From positions 18,168,001 through 18,232,000 of the forward strand of contig NC_058368.1 in assembly GCF_018350175.1 (NCBI RefSeq): a stretch of DNA of 64,000 nt, in the 5' to 3' direction. Numbering within the stretch: the first letter of the stretch is position 1; each line of letters starts with the position of its first letter. This DNA is from Felis catus. Its lineage: Eukaryota. Shown here one piece after another: positions 12,476 to 25,399 of the stretch. The translations under genes were made by a program, and so were the position numbers. Below the pieces are notes generated by a model. That model was not told where the DNA came from and searched no databases. It saw only the letters and a program-made list of their open reading frames with translations.

Positions 12476-12879
12476 TGGAAATAATATTACAAAAAACTGA
12501 TAACAGAAAGACAATGCAATCTCTTTCCTCCATCTGTTTTTTAAGGTTTCAAACCTTAATTTGGAATGCATCCATACTTCTATTCAGGTCTAAAGCACTC
12601 AATCTAAGACTTTTCTTTTCTGTTAAAAAGATATGATTTCATATGTCAAAGAAGAGGATTATTCAAAGTTTAATTACACTTTGGAAAAAGAAGGTAATTG
12701 AATGTCTTTAGGCAATTGGCATTTTTCTCTAAATTCCTACGCTTAAAAAAATGAGGCATTAACTCTTCATTAGAGGACCCATGATTTTAGTTGAGTCCAA
12801 TAATGGAACTCTGGTTTCATTAGTTTGAAAGAGACCAGGTAATGATGGAGTCTGTACAGACCCATGAAGAGAATGTTTT

Positions 12880-13020
12880 TATCGGTCAGGGTTCCAGGCG
12901 AAATGGATGAGACACACACTCAAACCGGGTAATTTGAAAAAAGAGAAAACGACTCTATGCCAAGATGTTGCCAGGGAGTGGTGAATCTGGGCTATGGGGG
13001 CTAGCAGCGTCCTGAGCCTC
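12880..13020 (-). mobile_element. LTR33-like ERVL LTR fragment
   Basis: tatcggtcagggttccagg..cacactcaaaccgggtaatttga resembles the LTR33-like copy at 36860. Confidence 0.45.
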
Positions 13021-13450
13021 TATCTCCCCAGGCCTGGGGAGACAGCAGTCCTGCCAGGCCTGGGAAGGTGGCCTGTGGGTGGTCACCCCACAGGCAAGGA
13101 GGTGCGGGAACAGTAAGAATTTCACGGGCCCCCCATTCTGATGTCCCTAGCGTGGGGAGTGTGGGGGCCTGTTGTTCATTCTGTTCAATGTCTTGACTCG
13201 GAGACCAGAAGCCAAAGGGTGGAGAGTGCATCTGCTGGGCAAATGGAACAAATCCAGTACAGGTGTGTGGGCAATAAACATGGGACCCACGATGAAGTTG
13301 TTCTCTTTTCTCCCCTTCCTCGATCCCGTCATGATGGGGAGAGAGAAATAAGATTGCTCTTCCAAAGTTTAAATGACATAAGCAACAGGCCCACTTCATG
13401 TGTCGCCTTCACAGATACATGACTCTTGGGTTAAAATCTGAAGGTGACTT

Positions 13451-13670
13451 GGGGTACCTGGGTGGCTCAGTCGGTTACGTTTCCGACTCTTGGTTTCAGC
13501 TCAGGTCACAGTCTCACGGTTTGTGGGTTCTAGCCCCGCATTGGGCTCTGTACTCACAGTGTGGAGCCTGCTTTGGATTCCCTCTCTCCAGCTCTCTCTG
13601 CCCCTCTCCCTCTTGTGTGTGTGTGCACGCACATGCTCTCTCTCTGTCAAAAAAATAAATGAATAAAAAC
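13451..13670 (+). mobile_element. Can-SINE
   Basis: Starts ggggtacctgggtggctcagtcggtt; TSD ttaaaatctgaaggtgactt on both sides. Confidence 0.96.
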
Positions 13671-14885
13671 TTAAAATCTGAAGGTGACTTTATTTAAGAT
13701 ATTCACATATCCAAAGAAAGAACATGTGCATCAGAAAGAGGCTGATCAAAGCTGCTGCATTCTAATTAGACAGCGATTTTCTTTCCAAAATTCCCCCTGA
13801 ACTCCAACTGTTACTTTACTTTGAAACACGCACAAAAAAATATCAGATAAGTGACTTACTCCAGATATCGACAGACATTGCTTACTTCCACTGCAGAATT
13901 TCAAGACACTGAGTCATTTTATGATAAAATCACTAGGGCTCACATACTTTTAAAAAATATAGTTTACTCCAGCATTTAAACAAGCAAGGGATATATATGG
14001 TTATTTGCTAACGATTATTTTTAATATGCCATATAGATGCACAGGGGCAACGTTTGGTATTTTTCAGGCGGGATGGTATAGATTTGGCTTTTATTTTTGT
14101 CTCTATGGTGGGATTATTGACAAAACAAGCAGACGAAAATGTATCGTTCTACAATGGTATGCCCCTTGTGCAATAACTGTCAGCTTCTTTTGTCTTCTGT
14201 CCCACCAACAGTTATATCCAGTAGGTCTCAACATTAATTTATTAGATGTATTTGATTAATGAATGAATTAAGTAGAAATTTAAAAGAACTTCACTTCCCG
14301 GAAAAGTCATATTTCATTAATATACTGCTATTATTTTATCATTTATTTTAAGGGGTAAGCCTGTGAAAATTATAGTAGAAATTGCTAAGGCTTTAAGACA
14401 AGCAAAAGCTATTCATTCAGTAGTTGAAAATTGCTATTATATGATGGAGTATAAATTTTACCATTGTAATAACAGTAAAACACAAAGATGTTCAATAAAA
14501 AACATTGTCATCACTAGGTTTATGTAAAATTCTGCAATGGCAGGTAGGCAAAGCAGGATGGAGGTGTTGGCCTCCACAGGGATAGTGACATGGAGATGAA
14601 GCTTGGGAAGTGTATAAGATGTGTCAAGGTCATGATCGATCAAAAGAAATGGAAAGGGACAAAAATCGATCAATATCCCGCAGTAAGCAGGCTCACTGGG
14701 AAGCTGGACAACAAAAAGACTTTCTGAGCATATGGGAAGTAAGGAGTAGAAGAAATATTGCCCAAGGTGATAATGAGTGTATAAAAAAATCATAGATCTC
14801 TATAAGTCAGAGGACATGGTGTGCCACAGACATGATGGACTGTGTGCATTAAACTGTAGGGTTACTTCTGTGTCTCATCCAGGTT

Positions 14886-15563
14886 CCCATGGCACTTGGA
14901 CCCCATGATATTGAATCCCGTTATATGTGGACCCCATGGTATGGGGGTCCCATGGTACTCAGAACCCATGGTACTTGGACCCCATGATACTTGGATCCCA
15001 TGGTAATTGGATCCCATGGTACTTGGACCCCTTGGTACTTGGACCCCATGGTAATTGGACGTCATGATATTGGACCCCATGATACGTGAATCCCATGGTA
15101 TGTGGGTCCCATGTACCTGGACCCCATGATACTTGGACCCCATGGTACTAGGATCCCATGGTACTTAGACCCCGTGATACTTGGACCCCATGGCACTTGG
15201 ACCCCTTGGTACTTGGACCCCATGGTAATTGGACATCATGATATTGGACCCCATGATATGTGGGTCCCATGTACCTGGACCCCATGATACTTGGACTTCA
15301 TGATACTTGGACCCCATGGTACTAGGATCCCATAATACTTAGACCCCATGATACTTGGACCCCATGGTACTTCGACTCCATGATACTTAGACCTCATGAT
15401 AGTTGGACCCCATGGTACTAGGATCCCATGATACTTAGACCCCATGATACTTGGACCCCATGGTACTAGGATCCCATGATACTTAGACCCCATGATACTT
15501 GGACCCTGTGATACTTTGACCCCGTGATACTTGGACACTGTGGTACTTGGACCCCATGGTACT
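14886..15563. repeat. 16-bp minisatellite (consensus CATGRTACTTGGACCC), roughly 42 copies
   Basis: Directly visible tandem units with variants; it explains the repetitive ORFs at 14862-15538. Confidence 0.95.
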
Positions 15564-15599
15564 TCGTTGCCCTAATATGTGTTCTGGCTCAGTGCTTTT

Positions 15600-15837
15600 T
15601 TTTTTAATGTAATTTATTTTTAATTTTTTTTTAATGTTTATTCATTTTTGAGAGAGAGAGAGAGTAACAGTGTGAGTGGGGAAGGGGCAGAGAGAGCGGA
15701 AGACACAGAATCTGAAGTAGGCTCCAGGCTCTGAGCTGTCAGCACAGAGTCCTGCCAGGGGCTTGAACTCACGAACAACAGGATCATGACCTGATCCAAA
15801 GTCGGGCGCTTAACCGACTGAGCTACCCAGGTGCCCC
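15600..15837 (-). mobile_element. Can-SINE
   Basis: Full body; TSD tggctc(a/g)gtgcttttt. Confidence 0.95.
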
Positions 15838-17613
15838 TGGCTCGGTGCTTTTTAGAAAAATGTTTTAATTTGTGAGATATCCACAATAGTTTTCATTATA
15901 TGTCTGAACGAAAATGTATTTCCCTTACCAATGTAAAAATTTCTTGCTTAAACAGTGCATAAAAATCAAAAATTTTTAAATGGAAGGAAAAAAAAAAGAA
16001 AGAGGCTAGTCAGCTATGAGTTCAGAGAAAAGAATGTCACTTGAACACCAGCTAATGTTTCTAGCACAGACCGGGGTGGGGGGGTGGCCAGAGTGGGGTG
16101 CCTAGTACAATGGCAGGGACCCTCTCCAGTAGATGTAGATGGCTTGATTGCAACGGCCATTAAGCCTGTTCAGCTTGCTCCCTTTGCCAGCTTCCATCTA
16201 TCAAGCCTCTTTCTGATAATAATTTGGCTTCTTTTGCTGATTTGTGAGCAAGTGAGCAAGTAGGGAGATCTGGTCTGTTTGTTGCTATATGTTTCATTGT
16301 AAGCTAATATACTGCCATTCTACTTAACCGGCAACTGGAGATTGAGTTAATGTGAGTCTTTTCCAGAGAGAAGGATATACTCTTCATGTTCTGATTGATC
16401 AGGTTCCTAAACCTGTAGGGCTCAGGACTAGCCCCCTACGTAGTGATGAGTTCATTGAATTCATCAAGGCTGTGGCACCCTCAGGGGACTTTACTGGGTA
16501 GTCTTTGCTAAGTTAGCTTTTCCATTCACATCACAACAGGAGGGCTGATAATGATGCCCTGGGACGTAATTTGTACACTTCACATAGTTAGACTTGCTTG
16601 CTTGAGCCTTGATCCAACACAAATTCTAGAAATTGCCACATTTAAGATATTGCTCAACACAAAATCTTCATACAAATCAATTAAGAACAAAGACCAGATC
16701 TAAAAAAGGATAAAGTTGTATTCTGTCTTTTCTTTTTGGGGAAGAGCTACTACTTTTGGGGGAAAGAAATTATGTATGTTTTAACTCAGATATAAACTCT
16801 GAAGCTCCGGTAAAGAAATTAAGACTGAGTTCTGAAAAGCCCTGGGGTAATTGGAAAATAATAAGAAGTAAAAAGGTAATAATATAAATGGAAATATAAG
16901 GCTCAGGTGACAAAGTAAATTTTAAGTCTGAGTAAAATTTTGTCCGTCAAATCAATTGGCTGAACTATAGATTATAAATTAAAGCCTCGTAAGCTGAATA
17001 TGCCTTAGAAATTTAAACATGCCTCTCCTTCGGTTATTTATAATTTGTGTGCCTCCTAAAAGGATTGTGTAGCAGTTTACAATATATGGTATGGGTATAA
17101 CAAGAGGTAAAAATCCAGTTATGTGTAAATTGCTTAGCCGCTTGAATGAAAGAAATCTTAGCTGTTTTTCCCCCAAACATCAAACAACATCTGTCTTTGA
17201 GCACGATTTTGTAAGCCATACAAAATCAAACAATAATTTGGGTACCTTCCCTACCTTCATTAAATTACACAGAACATTGCCCCAGCAACACACGGAGGAG
17301 ACCAGCTCTTAGCGGGTGGAATTTGTAACTCTGACAAGTAGCATCGGAAGTGATCAGACCTGCAACTGTGTCTGATCCCAGCAGGGAAAGTCTTACGGCT
17401 GTCTCGAACACCAAACCGCTTGGTAGGCACAGTTTCCCCTTCTCCAAGGTCTTGCCACCTTGGGGATGGCGTGAAGGAGGGGTCGCTGGTGTCTACGGGT
17501 GTCTGCAGGTGCCTGCCCCTCACAGGGCCGAGGCCTCGGTCATGCAGCATCTCACTCTGGCCTTTACCCTCAGTCTCTTGTTTAAGCACACGTCCCCCCG
17601 GTGGGGGGGGGGG

Positions 17614-17785
17614 GGGGGCGACTGGGTGGCTTATCACGTAAGCGTCCGACTCTTGATTTCAGCCCAGGTCATGATCTCGTGGCTTGTGGGACAGATCCCC
17701 ATGTCCGGCTCTGCGCGGCTGTGTGGAGCCTGTTGGATTTTCTGTCTCCCTCTGTCTCTGCCCCTCCCCCACTCACATGTGCGTG

Positions 17786-17822
<37 letters not shown>

Positions 17823-17880
17823 TCTCTTTTTCTCGCTCAAAACAATAAATAAATAAATAGATAAATAAATGGGGGGAAAA
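17614..17880 (+). mobile_element. Can-SINE with internal (GT)n, preceded by a G-run
   Basis: ggggcgactgggtggctt..gactcttgatttcagcccaggtcatgatctc; A-rich tail. Confidence 0.9.
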
Positions 17881-19029
17881 AAGGCACGTGTCCCTGTCAT
17901 TCTCCTATTTAAAGCTTTTCTCCCCATTTGCTTCTCCCAAAGTGCTGAGCATTTCCAAACAAAGACGCGGGGGAGGGATTATTTAGAGCATTAGTCCTTG
18001 GGAGGGGGGGAAACACCAAGCAAACTCTCCCAAGGGGAAGGATTCAGACCCCAAAGGCTTTGCTGTGCTTTCTACAAAGAAAGAAAAAGGAGAAATTAGT
18101 CCCGTTTTCTTCTTTATTTAACTGTATCTCTGGCAGCAACGCAATCAAGACCCCAAGCTATTGCTTTTATGTTAAAACACAAGAATAAAATGACAAGATC
18201 TAAATAATAAAGGAAGGAGGGATGTAAAATGATTATTTTAAAAACCTAAGTGAATAAAGTGGTTTTCTTTGTTTTCACTAGCTTATCTAAGCTTCTTATC
18301 TAAGCTTCTCAGCAGCTATGATAATAAATAACGTTGGTCAAGCTCTTGACTAAACAGAGTGAGTGAACACTTATCTGCACAGTATTAATAGGCTACATTT
18401 GCTAGCGAAACAAGGATGTGTATGTGTTTCAATAGAACATGGGATTCTGCAGAAATTTGCTAAAGCACCACAGATGATTTGCCAATAGAATTAAACCTTC
18501 AGACACCTCTCACTCAGGTCTAAGCTGGTTCTTGGAAAATGGTCTCCAGTTAAGCTGTGTACTTTGGGAGTTAACCTATAATTGTTCTTGAGAAATTATT
18601 CATTTTTTTCAGAAAGCACTTTGATCCGTTGATGTAAACAATGACTTTGTTTCTTACCGTTAAACCTATGAGTTTAACCAGTTAGTTAAAGCAGTTGGCG
18701 CGTCTAACAAGAAGCTATTATTGGCCCCTGGGGTCAAGTGACAGCAGCATAGTGCTGTCTGGAGGGAAGCCTGGGTTCATGAGGAGGGCGGGAACTGAAT
18801 CTGAGAATGGCCAGAGCAATAGCCACAGTCTAAAAAAGAGCCAACTGTGAGTCAGGGATGAAGGGAGATGAGGCACCCGAGGATCCAGAGGTTTGCCAAA
18901 CCAGGAATTGGAAAGCAAAGCACAACACCTAAACAGCGGCAGGAACTGGGAACAGAATGAACAGAGACACACGGGGAAGAGAGAGCTCAGTGGTCTAGAG
19001 CTGAGCAGAATCCGAGGAAGGCGATGGGA

Positions 19030-19140
19030 GTCATTTACTGGCATCTATCATGTAACCTGCACAGCCAGGAGCTCTGCACGTCTATTTTCTCCAACCCTCA
19101 CAGCAGTCTGGATGGTAGGTGTTAGCATCCCCATTATATC
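19030..19140 (-). mobile_element. MIR fragment
   Basis: catttactggcatctatcatgt..ccctcacagcagtctggatggtaggtgttagcatccccatt. Confidence 0.55.
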
Positions 19141-19444
19141 GCTTCATAATGGTAGCCAACAGCACGGGCCAGTGCATATGACTAGCTCGAAAGACAGTGA
19201 GAAGGAACTCAGTAATATTCAAAATCCATTTACGAATAAAATTCTAAACACATATTAATTCAAAAATGTATTTGTGGATACCACGAACACTATACTGTAT
19301 ACTTAACGCAAGAGTCACAATCGTATTTAGTAGCAAAGTTGAAAGCAAGAAGACCCAGGGGCCCAGGCCACCAGTGTCACTTATCTTCGTGTGACGTATA
19401 CTGCTAATAACTACTAGTGTAGGAAAGAAACAAAAAAGCCAATA

Positions 19445-19600
19445 TAGAGATGCAAGAATCCTTTTTGCAAAAGATATCACTGTATACTTAGAAAATTCAG
19501 CGATGGCAACCAAAGCTTCTTGATGGTAATTAAAAGGCAGAAAAAGACATTCAGAGAAAACCTGTTAGCTTTCAAATTAGTTAACATAACCAGTCCATTG
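19445..19600 (+). mobile_element. Ancient L1 ORF2 (RT) fragment
   Basis: ctttttgcaaaagatatcactgtatacttagaaaattca reads LFAKDITVYLEN, like L1 LFADDMIVYLEN. Confidence 0.6.
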
Positions 19601-20439
19601 ATTCACTTATCCATCCATTAACTAATTCTTTTATTAGTTATTTTTGCAAGTAAAAACACGGGCCCCGTGTCAGGGAGGTGAGACCGCTTCCGGGGCCCCA
19701 CCCTTGTGAAGTTTCCCGTCTGTCAGAGGACTGGATGTTGAAGAGTGACTGTTACAAAGATCGGTAGGCTCTCTCAGGGATGACAGAGTAGTTCCAGAGA
19801 TCATTTTTGTGTCACACAAGAAAAACAGTTTTGTCAGTGTAGAGGTCCAGCTCATGTTATCAAAGAAAACCAAGAAGCAAACACATGAGAAACCTCCTTT
19901 CATGCTCTGTAACTGCTGGGTAGCCTTACAAAGAGACAATATTGGAAACCCTGAGTTTTATCCACCTGACCGGGCTTCAGGTGACATCTGGATCTTTCAA
20001 GAGGACAAAGGTATGTCATCGTGGAGAATATGTGAAGTGCTTTAAGTTCTGAAAGCGCTCCCTTAAGAGGGGCGACAAGACTCTGAGTGAAGCAGCATCA
20101 TTACAATAAATGTCAAATACCCCAAAGGGACTGCTATGAAGGGGCAATGCTCCCTGAGCTGAATCAATGCGGGGTTTAAAAACACAGACTCCCTGTTTAA
20201 AAAAAGCATCCCTTTTATGGAAGAGTATGCCCTGGTTTGCATAGCTCTTAGTACCCAGAAGTTAGTACTTAACTGCACTGGTGCCTTCTTGTAGACACTG
20301 AGCAGTGACGATTTTCTTAGACATCCCTGTTAGGCATGGGGTCCGGGACCAAATGAATTGGATTCGGGTCTCAGTCCAGCTTCAGGCTGTAACCTGCAGG
20401 CAGATTTCATGTCTCCAAGCTTCTATTTTTTCCCCCCAA

Positions 20440-21065
20440 ACATTCTATCATGAAAAATTTCAAACAAAAGGCAAAGCTAAAAGACTTTTACAGTAAACAT
20501 GCATAATCCCGTCACCATGGGATGACTTTATCATTAACATTTTACTTCCTCTAGCACACATCTATTCATATAGCCATCCCTCCATCCTTCCATCCTTCCA
20601 TCCCTCCATCCCTCCATCAATCTATCTTCTTTTTTGATGGATTTCAAAGTGAATTTGAAGACACTGGTATACTTCCCCTTAAATACCTAAGCATGTATAT
20701 CATTAATTAGAATTGAATATTTGCTGGGGTGCCTGGGTGGCTCAGTGGGTTAAACGTCCAACTTTGGCTCAGGTCATGATGTCACAGTTCGAGGGTTCGA
20801 GCCCTGCATTGGGCTCTGTGCTGATAGCTCAGAGCCTGGACCCTGCTTTGGATTCTGTCTCCCTCTCTCTCGGCCCCTCCCCCCCTTGTGCTCTGTCTCT
20901 CAAAAACTAAAACATTAAAAAAAAAAAAAAAAGAATTGAGTATTTGTTTACAATTTCTTCTTTTGACATAAAAAATGCATATACATTAAAATACGTAAGT
21001 TTTAAGTGTACTTTTGCTGAGTTCTGACAAATGTGTGCATCTATGTAATCCCAGCTCCTATCAAG
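20440..21065 (-). mobile_element. Old L1M 3' UTR fragment inserted in a MIR (MIR halves about 20330-20430 and 21090-21240)
   Basis: atcatgaaaaatttcaaacaaaaggcaaag..tatacttccccttaaatacctaagcatgtatatc; MIR core resumes ttacttataaaatggaggtgaga..gagttgttgtgaggttaac. Confidence 0.6.
20726..20931 (+). mobile_element. Can-SINE
   Basis: Starts ggggtgcctgggtggctcagtgggttaa; TSD agaattga(a/g)tatttg. Confidence 0.96.
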
Positions 21066-22474
21066 AACGTTCTTTGGTGGATGCCACCCCGCACTGTTTT
21101 TACTTATAAAATGGAGGTGAGAGTATTTGTCTCAAAGAGTTGTTGTGAGGTTAACGAGCTAATGAAAAGAGGTTGTGTAACTTCTAAAGTGGGGCACAAA
21201 AGTGAGGCGCTATTTTTATCACTGTCATTAATATGATCATTGTCTGTTTGATGAGTATCGCTAACAGATATGAAACCAAGTCTGAAAGGCTGACAACTTC
21301 AGTTAAGACACATAACCTTACTCACTGTAAAAGCTATCGCTGCCCCTGTGTTAATTGTCAAGCAATTTGCACACAAGCAGGCTCGTGCAGCCACGACACG
21401 GCTGCTTCCGTGGCATCCATTCCAGGGTCTGGGAAACTGTCTCCGTGCCGGGCCTGGCGTATTTCTGGCAGAATGGTGATGCCAACATTCCCTCCTCTTG
21501 ATTTCATTGCCACTGCTGTATTGCATTTTCCAAGTGATCTGGGTGGCCCCAGAGGCCAACCCTGGCTTTCCATCCACCTCCCCATTGCCTAATGGCAGAA
21601 ACTAGTGAACTAACATGTGGGCTATTTGAAGTACCCGACTTCATGGAGTGGAATTTTATGGTGTCATGTGTGTCTTCCTACGTAATTGTGAACAGTTAGC
21701 ACAATACATCCGTGTCTCTTTTATACTAAGGTAGTTTAGATGGTGTACCTTTGGTAAGCTCGGGGTACCCTGGACATCTAGCAGGCTCTCCTCCTAACCA
21801 TATCGCCTTTTACCACTTGGAGATGAACATACTCCAATTTGTGGAAGTCGGAGTAACAGATTAAATGGGAATGGTGTTCTCCGCCTGGACCTAGAAAGAG
21901 AGGAGAGGTGACTTTCACTGAGGAGAAGCAAAACGCACTGCAAAACGAAGGAAGTACAAAAGAGAAAAGACACGTAGCGGCAGACTAGAAGCAGCAGGTC
22001 TTGCAAAAAGCCTTGGAAGTGAGAATTCCATCTGACGTGGAAAGGAAGTCAGGAGTGCCGGCAGCCAGCAGGCTTCCAGAGACAGTGGAACAAGAAGTCA
22101 ACCAACCCAGCCTCCCTTTGGGGAAACCAAAGGCACCCAAAGCCAACTCAGGCTGAGACTTGGCCTGTGGTGCAGCGTGGCTAGAAAATTATGCTAGTTC
22201 CTACCCAGTGAGATGCTCTCACACGGAGCTTAACTACTATCAACGTTTGTAAGCATAGCTGCCTAAAACCATTATGTGTATTTATGTATGATTAACTCAG
22301 TGTCGATATCGTTATTGTTCAATCAATAACTTGGTGTCAACAGCCCCAAGCAACATGACTCCCACTCCAGTCTTGACCTTCATGTTTAGGCAGGGCCGGT
22401 CCTTGACATACTCTTCATGTTACCAGTTTCAGGAACCCCTCAGTTCCTGACCAATGACCGACGGTCACAAAAGT

Positions 22475-22670
22475 AGTTCATATTTATGAGTCCTTACTGT
22501 GTGCCGGCACTGTTCTCAATGCTTTGCTTCATTATTTTATTCCACGGTGCTCACAACAACCTTATTTTCATCCATATTCACAGGTGAGGAAATAGGCACA
22601 GAGAAGTTAGGCAAGTAGCTCAACTACCAACACCGTTGAAAAAAGTGGAGTCAGGATTCCACCTGAGCCC
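22475..22670 (-). mobile_element. MIR
   Basis: ttactgtgtgccggcactgttctc..attcacaggtgaggaaataggcacagagaagttaggcaag. Confidence 0.8.
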
Positions 22671-23129
22671 GTAGTTATGGGTGTTTTGAAGTGTGTTTGC
22701 AGTGAACCGGTCTCTCCAGAGTTGTGGTCAGGGGTGCTTGTTCTGTTATGGAGGTGTGACAGATGCTTGACAGAACTAAAGGCCAGAGAACCCCAGGAAG
22801 TGAGTTGCAAATACCTCGTGCTAACATGACCTATTTAGTTAGCGTAAATACCATCCATTGTCTAGGAAGAAAACAAATGTCTCTGGGAGGCTGCTGTGAA
22901 TCAAGGTGACAGTAGTTTCTCTCTCTCTAATAGACAGGGTTTCCCAACTACTGAGCTACTATGGAAATATGTTTTTCTGGAACCTTATAACTCAGTTGAA
23001 CTACCGTTGCAAGTACAAGCCCGGTGAGCTCCTTTGAGACATCGTCTTTAAGCTGGAATTCTGTATGTAGCAACGTCCAAGGAAACGAATCTTCTATCTT
23101 GTCATTCCTTAGTCCATTCTGTTTCCCAC

Positions 23130-24040
23130 ATTCCTCAGCCATCGCTTCATATTTTGTTACTTTCCTCAAACTTCTCATCACTTCACCCCCATCCATACTC
23201 TCAGCTAACGACTCGCTTACTATTTAATGGAGAAAATCAAAGCAGTCACAGGAAACCTTCCACAAGTGTCCATTGCCCATCCGAGTGACTCTCTATCTGA
23301 GACCTTACAGTCCACCTTCCTCTTTGCTACTATGGATGTGCCATCCTGGCTCCTTGCCAAGGGCAGCACTTGCACTTGTATGTGAAATTGAAATTCCATT
23401 CCCTGGAACACTCAAGGATATTATCCAGGAATCTTGTCCTCTCCCTAAATAGTTTCCCTGACCCTACCTACTGAATAATTTCCATCAGCTATTATATGTC
23501 CCATCTCTGTGCCATTTTTCTTCCACTTTTCATCACAAAACTCCTTACTAGAGTCGCCTCTACTTGGTATTCCCTAACCCTCCCTTCCCATTCTGTCTCA
23601 GATCTACCCCAGTTATGCTTTCGTTCTCACTTCTCCACCTACACTGCTTTTGTCAAGGTCACTAGTGACCTCTCTATTGCTAAATCCAATCATCAAAACT
23701 TAACCATATTATTTAAACTATTCATGACATTGTTGATCACTCCCTCCTCCTTGAAACTGTTTCTTCATTTGACTTCCACATCATCAGTCTCCTGGTTTTC
23801 TGTTTATCTTTCGGTTACTTCTTTTCAGTCCCCTTTGCCCTTTCCCTGTATATCTCTGACCTCTAAACATTGGAGTGTCCCAAGTCTCAATCCTTGGGAC
23901 ACTTTCTTTTTCCACACTCATGGGTCATCTCCTTGAGTCTCGTTTTAAATGCCACCTTTATGCAGATGGCTCTTGGATTTATAGCTCCAACTCCTAGTGC
24001 TTCCTCAACTAGACTCATTTATCAAGTGCCTACTCAAGGA
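23130..24040 (+). mobile_element. L2 ORF2 (RT) fragment
   Basis: ORF 23496-23936 includes HFSTYTAFVKVTSDLSIAKSN, like the L2/CR1 RT motif HSTETALxKVxNDL; pyrimidine-rich L2 texture. Confidence 0.85.
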
Positions 24041-24118
24041 ATGGGAGTATAACTCTATCTTTTGTTAAGTAAAATTGAAGGAAGGTGAGAACTGAAAAAA
24101 AATATAACAGGAAGGACA

Positions 24119-24895
24119 TGTGGCAGACTCTATTAGTTGTCTACTCAAAATCCATTCTCTTATCTGTTCCTTGCTGTCAGTGTTCTGATTTTGTCCAGGT
24201 ATCCCTATTTCAGGAAAGTTTTCCCACACCTAGCTCAAGGATAAATCCTGTATAATCTTAAGCAATGAAGCTGTACCCTTGCTAATCTTTTGTTTGGGAG
24301 ATGTTGTTTCTGAACAATAAGATGTGAGGAGAAAATATGATGGAGAAGTTCTGAGAAGGGCTTCCTTGACAAAAAAGAGGTGCACAGAAAGGGGTGGCTA
24401 CTCTTCTTGCAAGGGACTTTGGGGTAGGCATGCTGGATGGGATTTCGAGACCTCCTGCTGTCCACCAGCAGCAGAGAGCCAGAATGTGCCTGAAGACAAA
24501 TCCTATATTGAGTACAATGATGAGAAGGGAATGGGTCCCTGATAATATCAGCCTTTGAAATAACTAATCCAGGAGTTGTTCTACAGTTAAGAGGGGCACC
24601 TGGGTGGCTCAGGTGACTGAGCAACCAACTTCGGCTCAGATCATGATCTTGCAGTTCGTGGGTTCAAGCCCCGCACGGGGCTCTCTGCTGACAGCTCAGA
24701 GTCTGGAACCTGCTTTGGATTCTGTGTCTCCCTCTTTCTCTGCCCTTCCCCTGCTCATGCTCTGTCTCTATCCCTCTCTCTCAAAAATAAATAAACATTT
24801 TTTTTAAAAACTTAAGAGGACACAAGTTTGCCCTATTGTTTAATGTAGTTGAGTTGGTGTTTTCTGGTATATGTGACTTCAGTATGAAAACTAGC
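24119..24895 (+). mobile_element. MLT1J-like MaLR LTR split by a Can-SINE
   Basis: Starts tgtggcagactctattagttgtctactcaaaatccattctc..ctgattttgtccaggtatcc; resumes ccctattgtttaatg after the SINE. Confidence 0.75.
24593..24810 (+). mobile_element. Can-SINE
   Basis: ggggcacctgggtggctcagg..tcaaaaataaataaacatt; short TSD ttaagag. Confidence 0.95.
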
Positions 24896-25159
24896 AGTGT
24901 GGAATTTTTTAGGGGAGCACATTTGAACGTCCTTATCCATGTTCAACTGGGATAGTCAACGTCAGGCTCTCTACTCTTTCCTGATCATCTGTTCTTTCTG
25001 TCTCATTGCCACCAAAAAACTGACCACTAGGTTACCTGCTGCTTTCCCTACTTGATCATCCATTGTGTTGAACATCCTCTTTCTCCCCATTCAGCTTAGA
25101 GGCAAGATTGGAATTTTTCAGAAGAAACCTTATAGAAAACTAATAAAATAGAAAAAGAG

Positions 25160-25239
25160 TGTCTTTTTCCTTCTCCCTCCGCCCTTTCTCCCTATCCTTC
25201 CCTTCCTTCTTCTCATTCTTTTCTTTTTTATTTTCTTTT

Positions 25240-25294
<55 letters not shown>

Positions 25295-25295
25295 A
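25160..25295. repeat. Polypyrimidine tract with (TTTC)n microsatellite
   Basis: Directly visible. Confidence 0.95.
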
Positions 25296-25399
25296 TTTAA
25301 GAGCAAAGGTGAGACCGGTACCACCTCTGGGCACTTATCTCATCTAGGTAGAGAAAAGGGCTTTGTAGTCTGGATGAGCTGGGCTTGTTGGGGGAATAA

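Noticed and set aside
13451..13530. tRNA-like A/B-box heads here and in the other SINEs
   Set aside because: These are Can-SINE heads followed by CT tracts, A-tails and TSDs, not tRNA genes
14862..15538. Repetitive ORFs (GSKYHG..VPWGP), superficially like a CRISPR array or repeat protein
   Set aside because: Pure tandem repeat with no unique spacers, in mammalian DNA; frames switch every unit because 16 is not a multiple of 3
17350..17856. 168-aa ORF
   Set aside because: Runs through a G-run, a SINE and (GT)n; no recognisable domain
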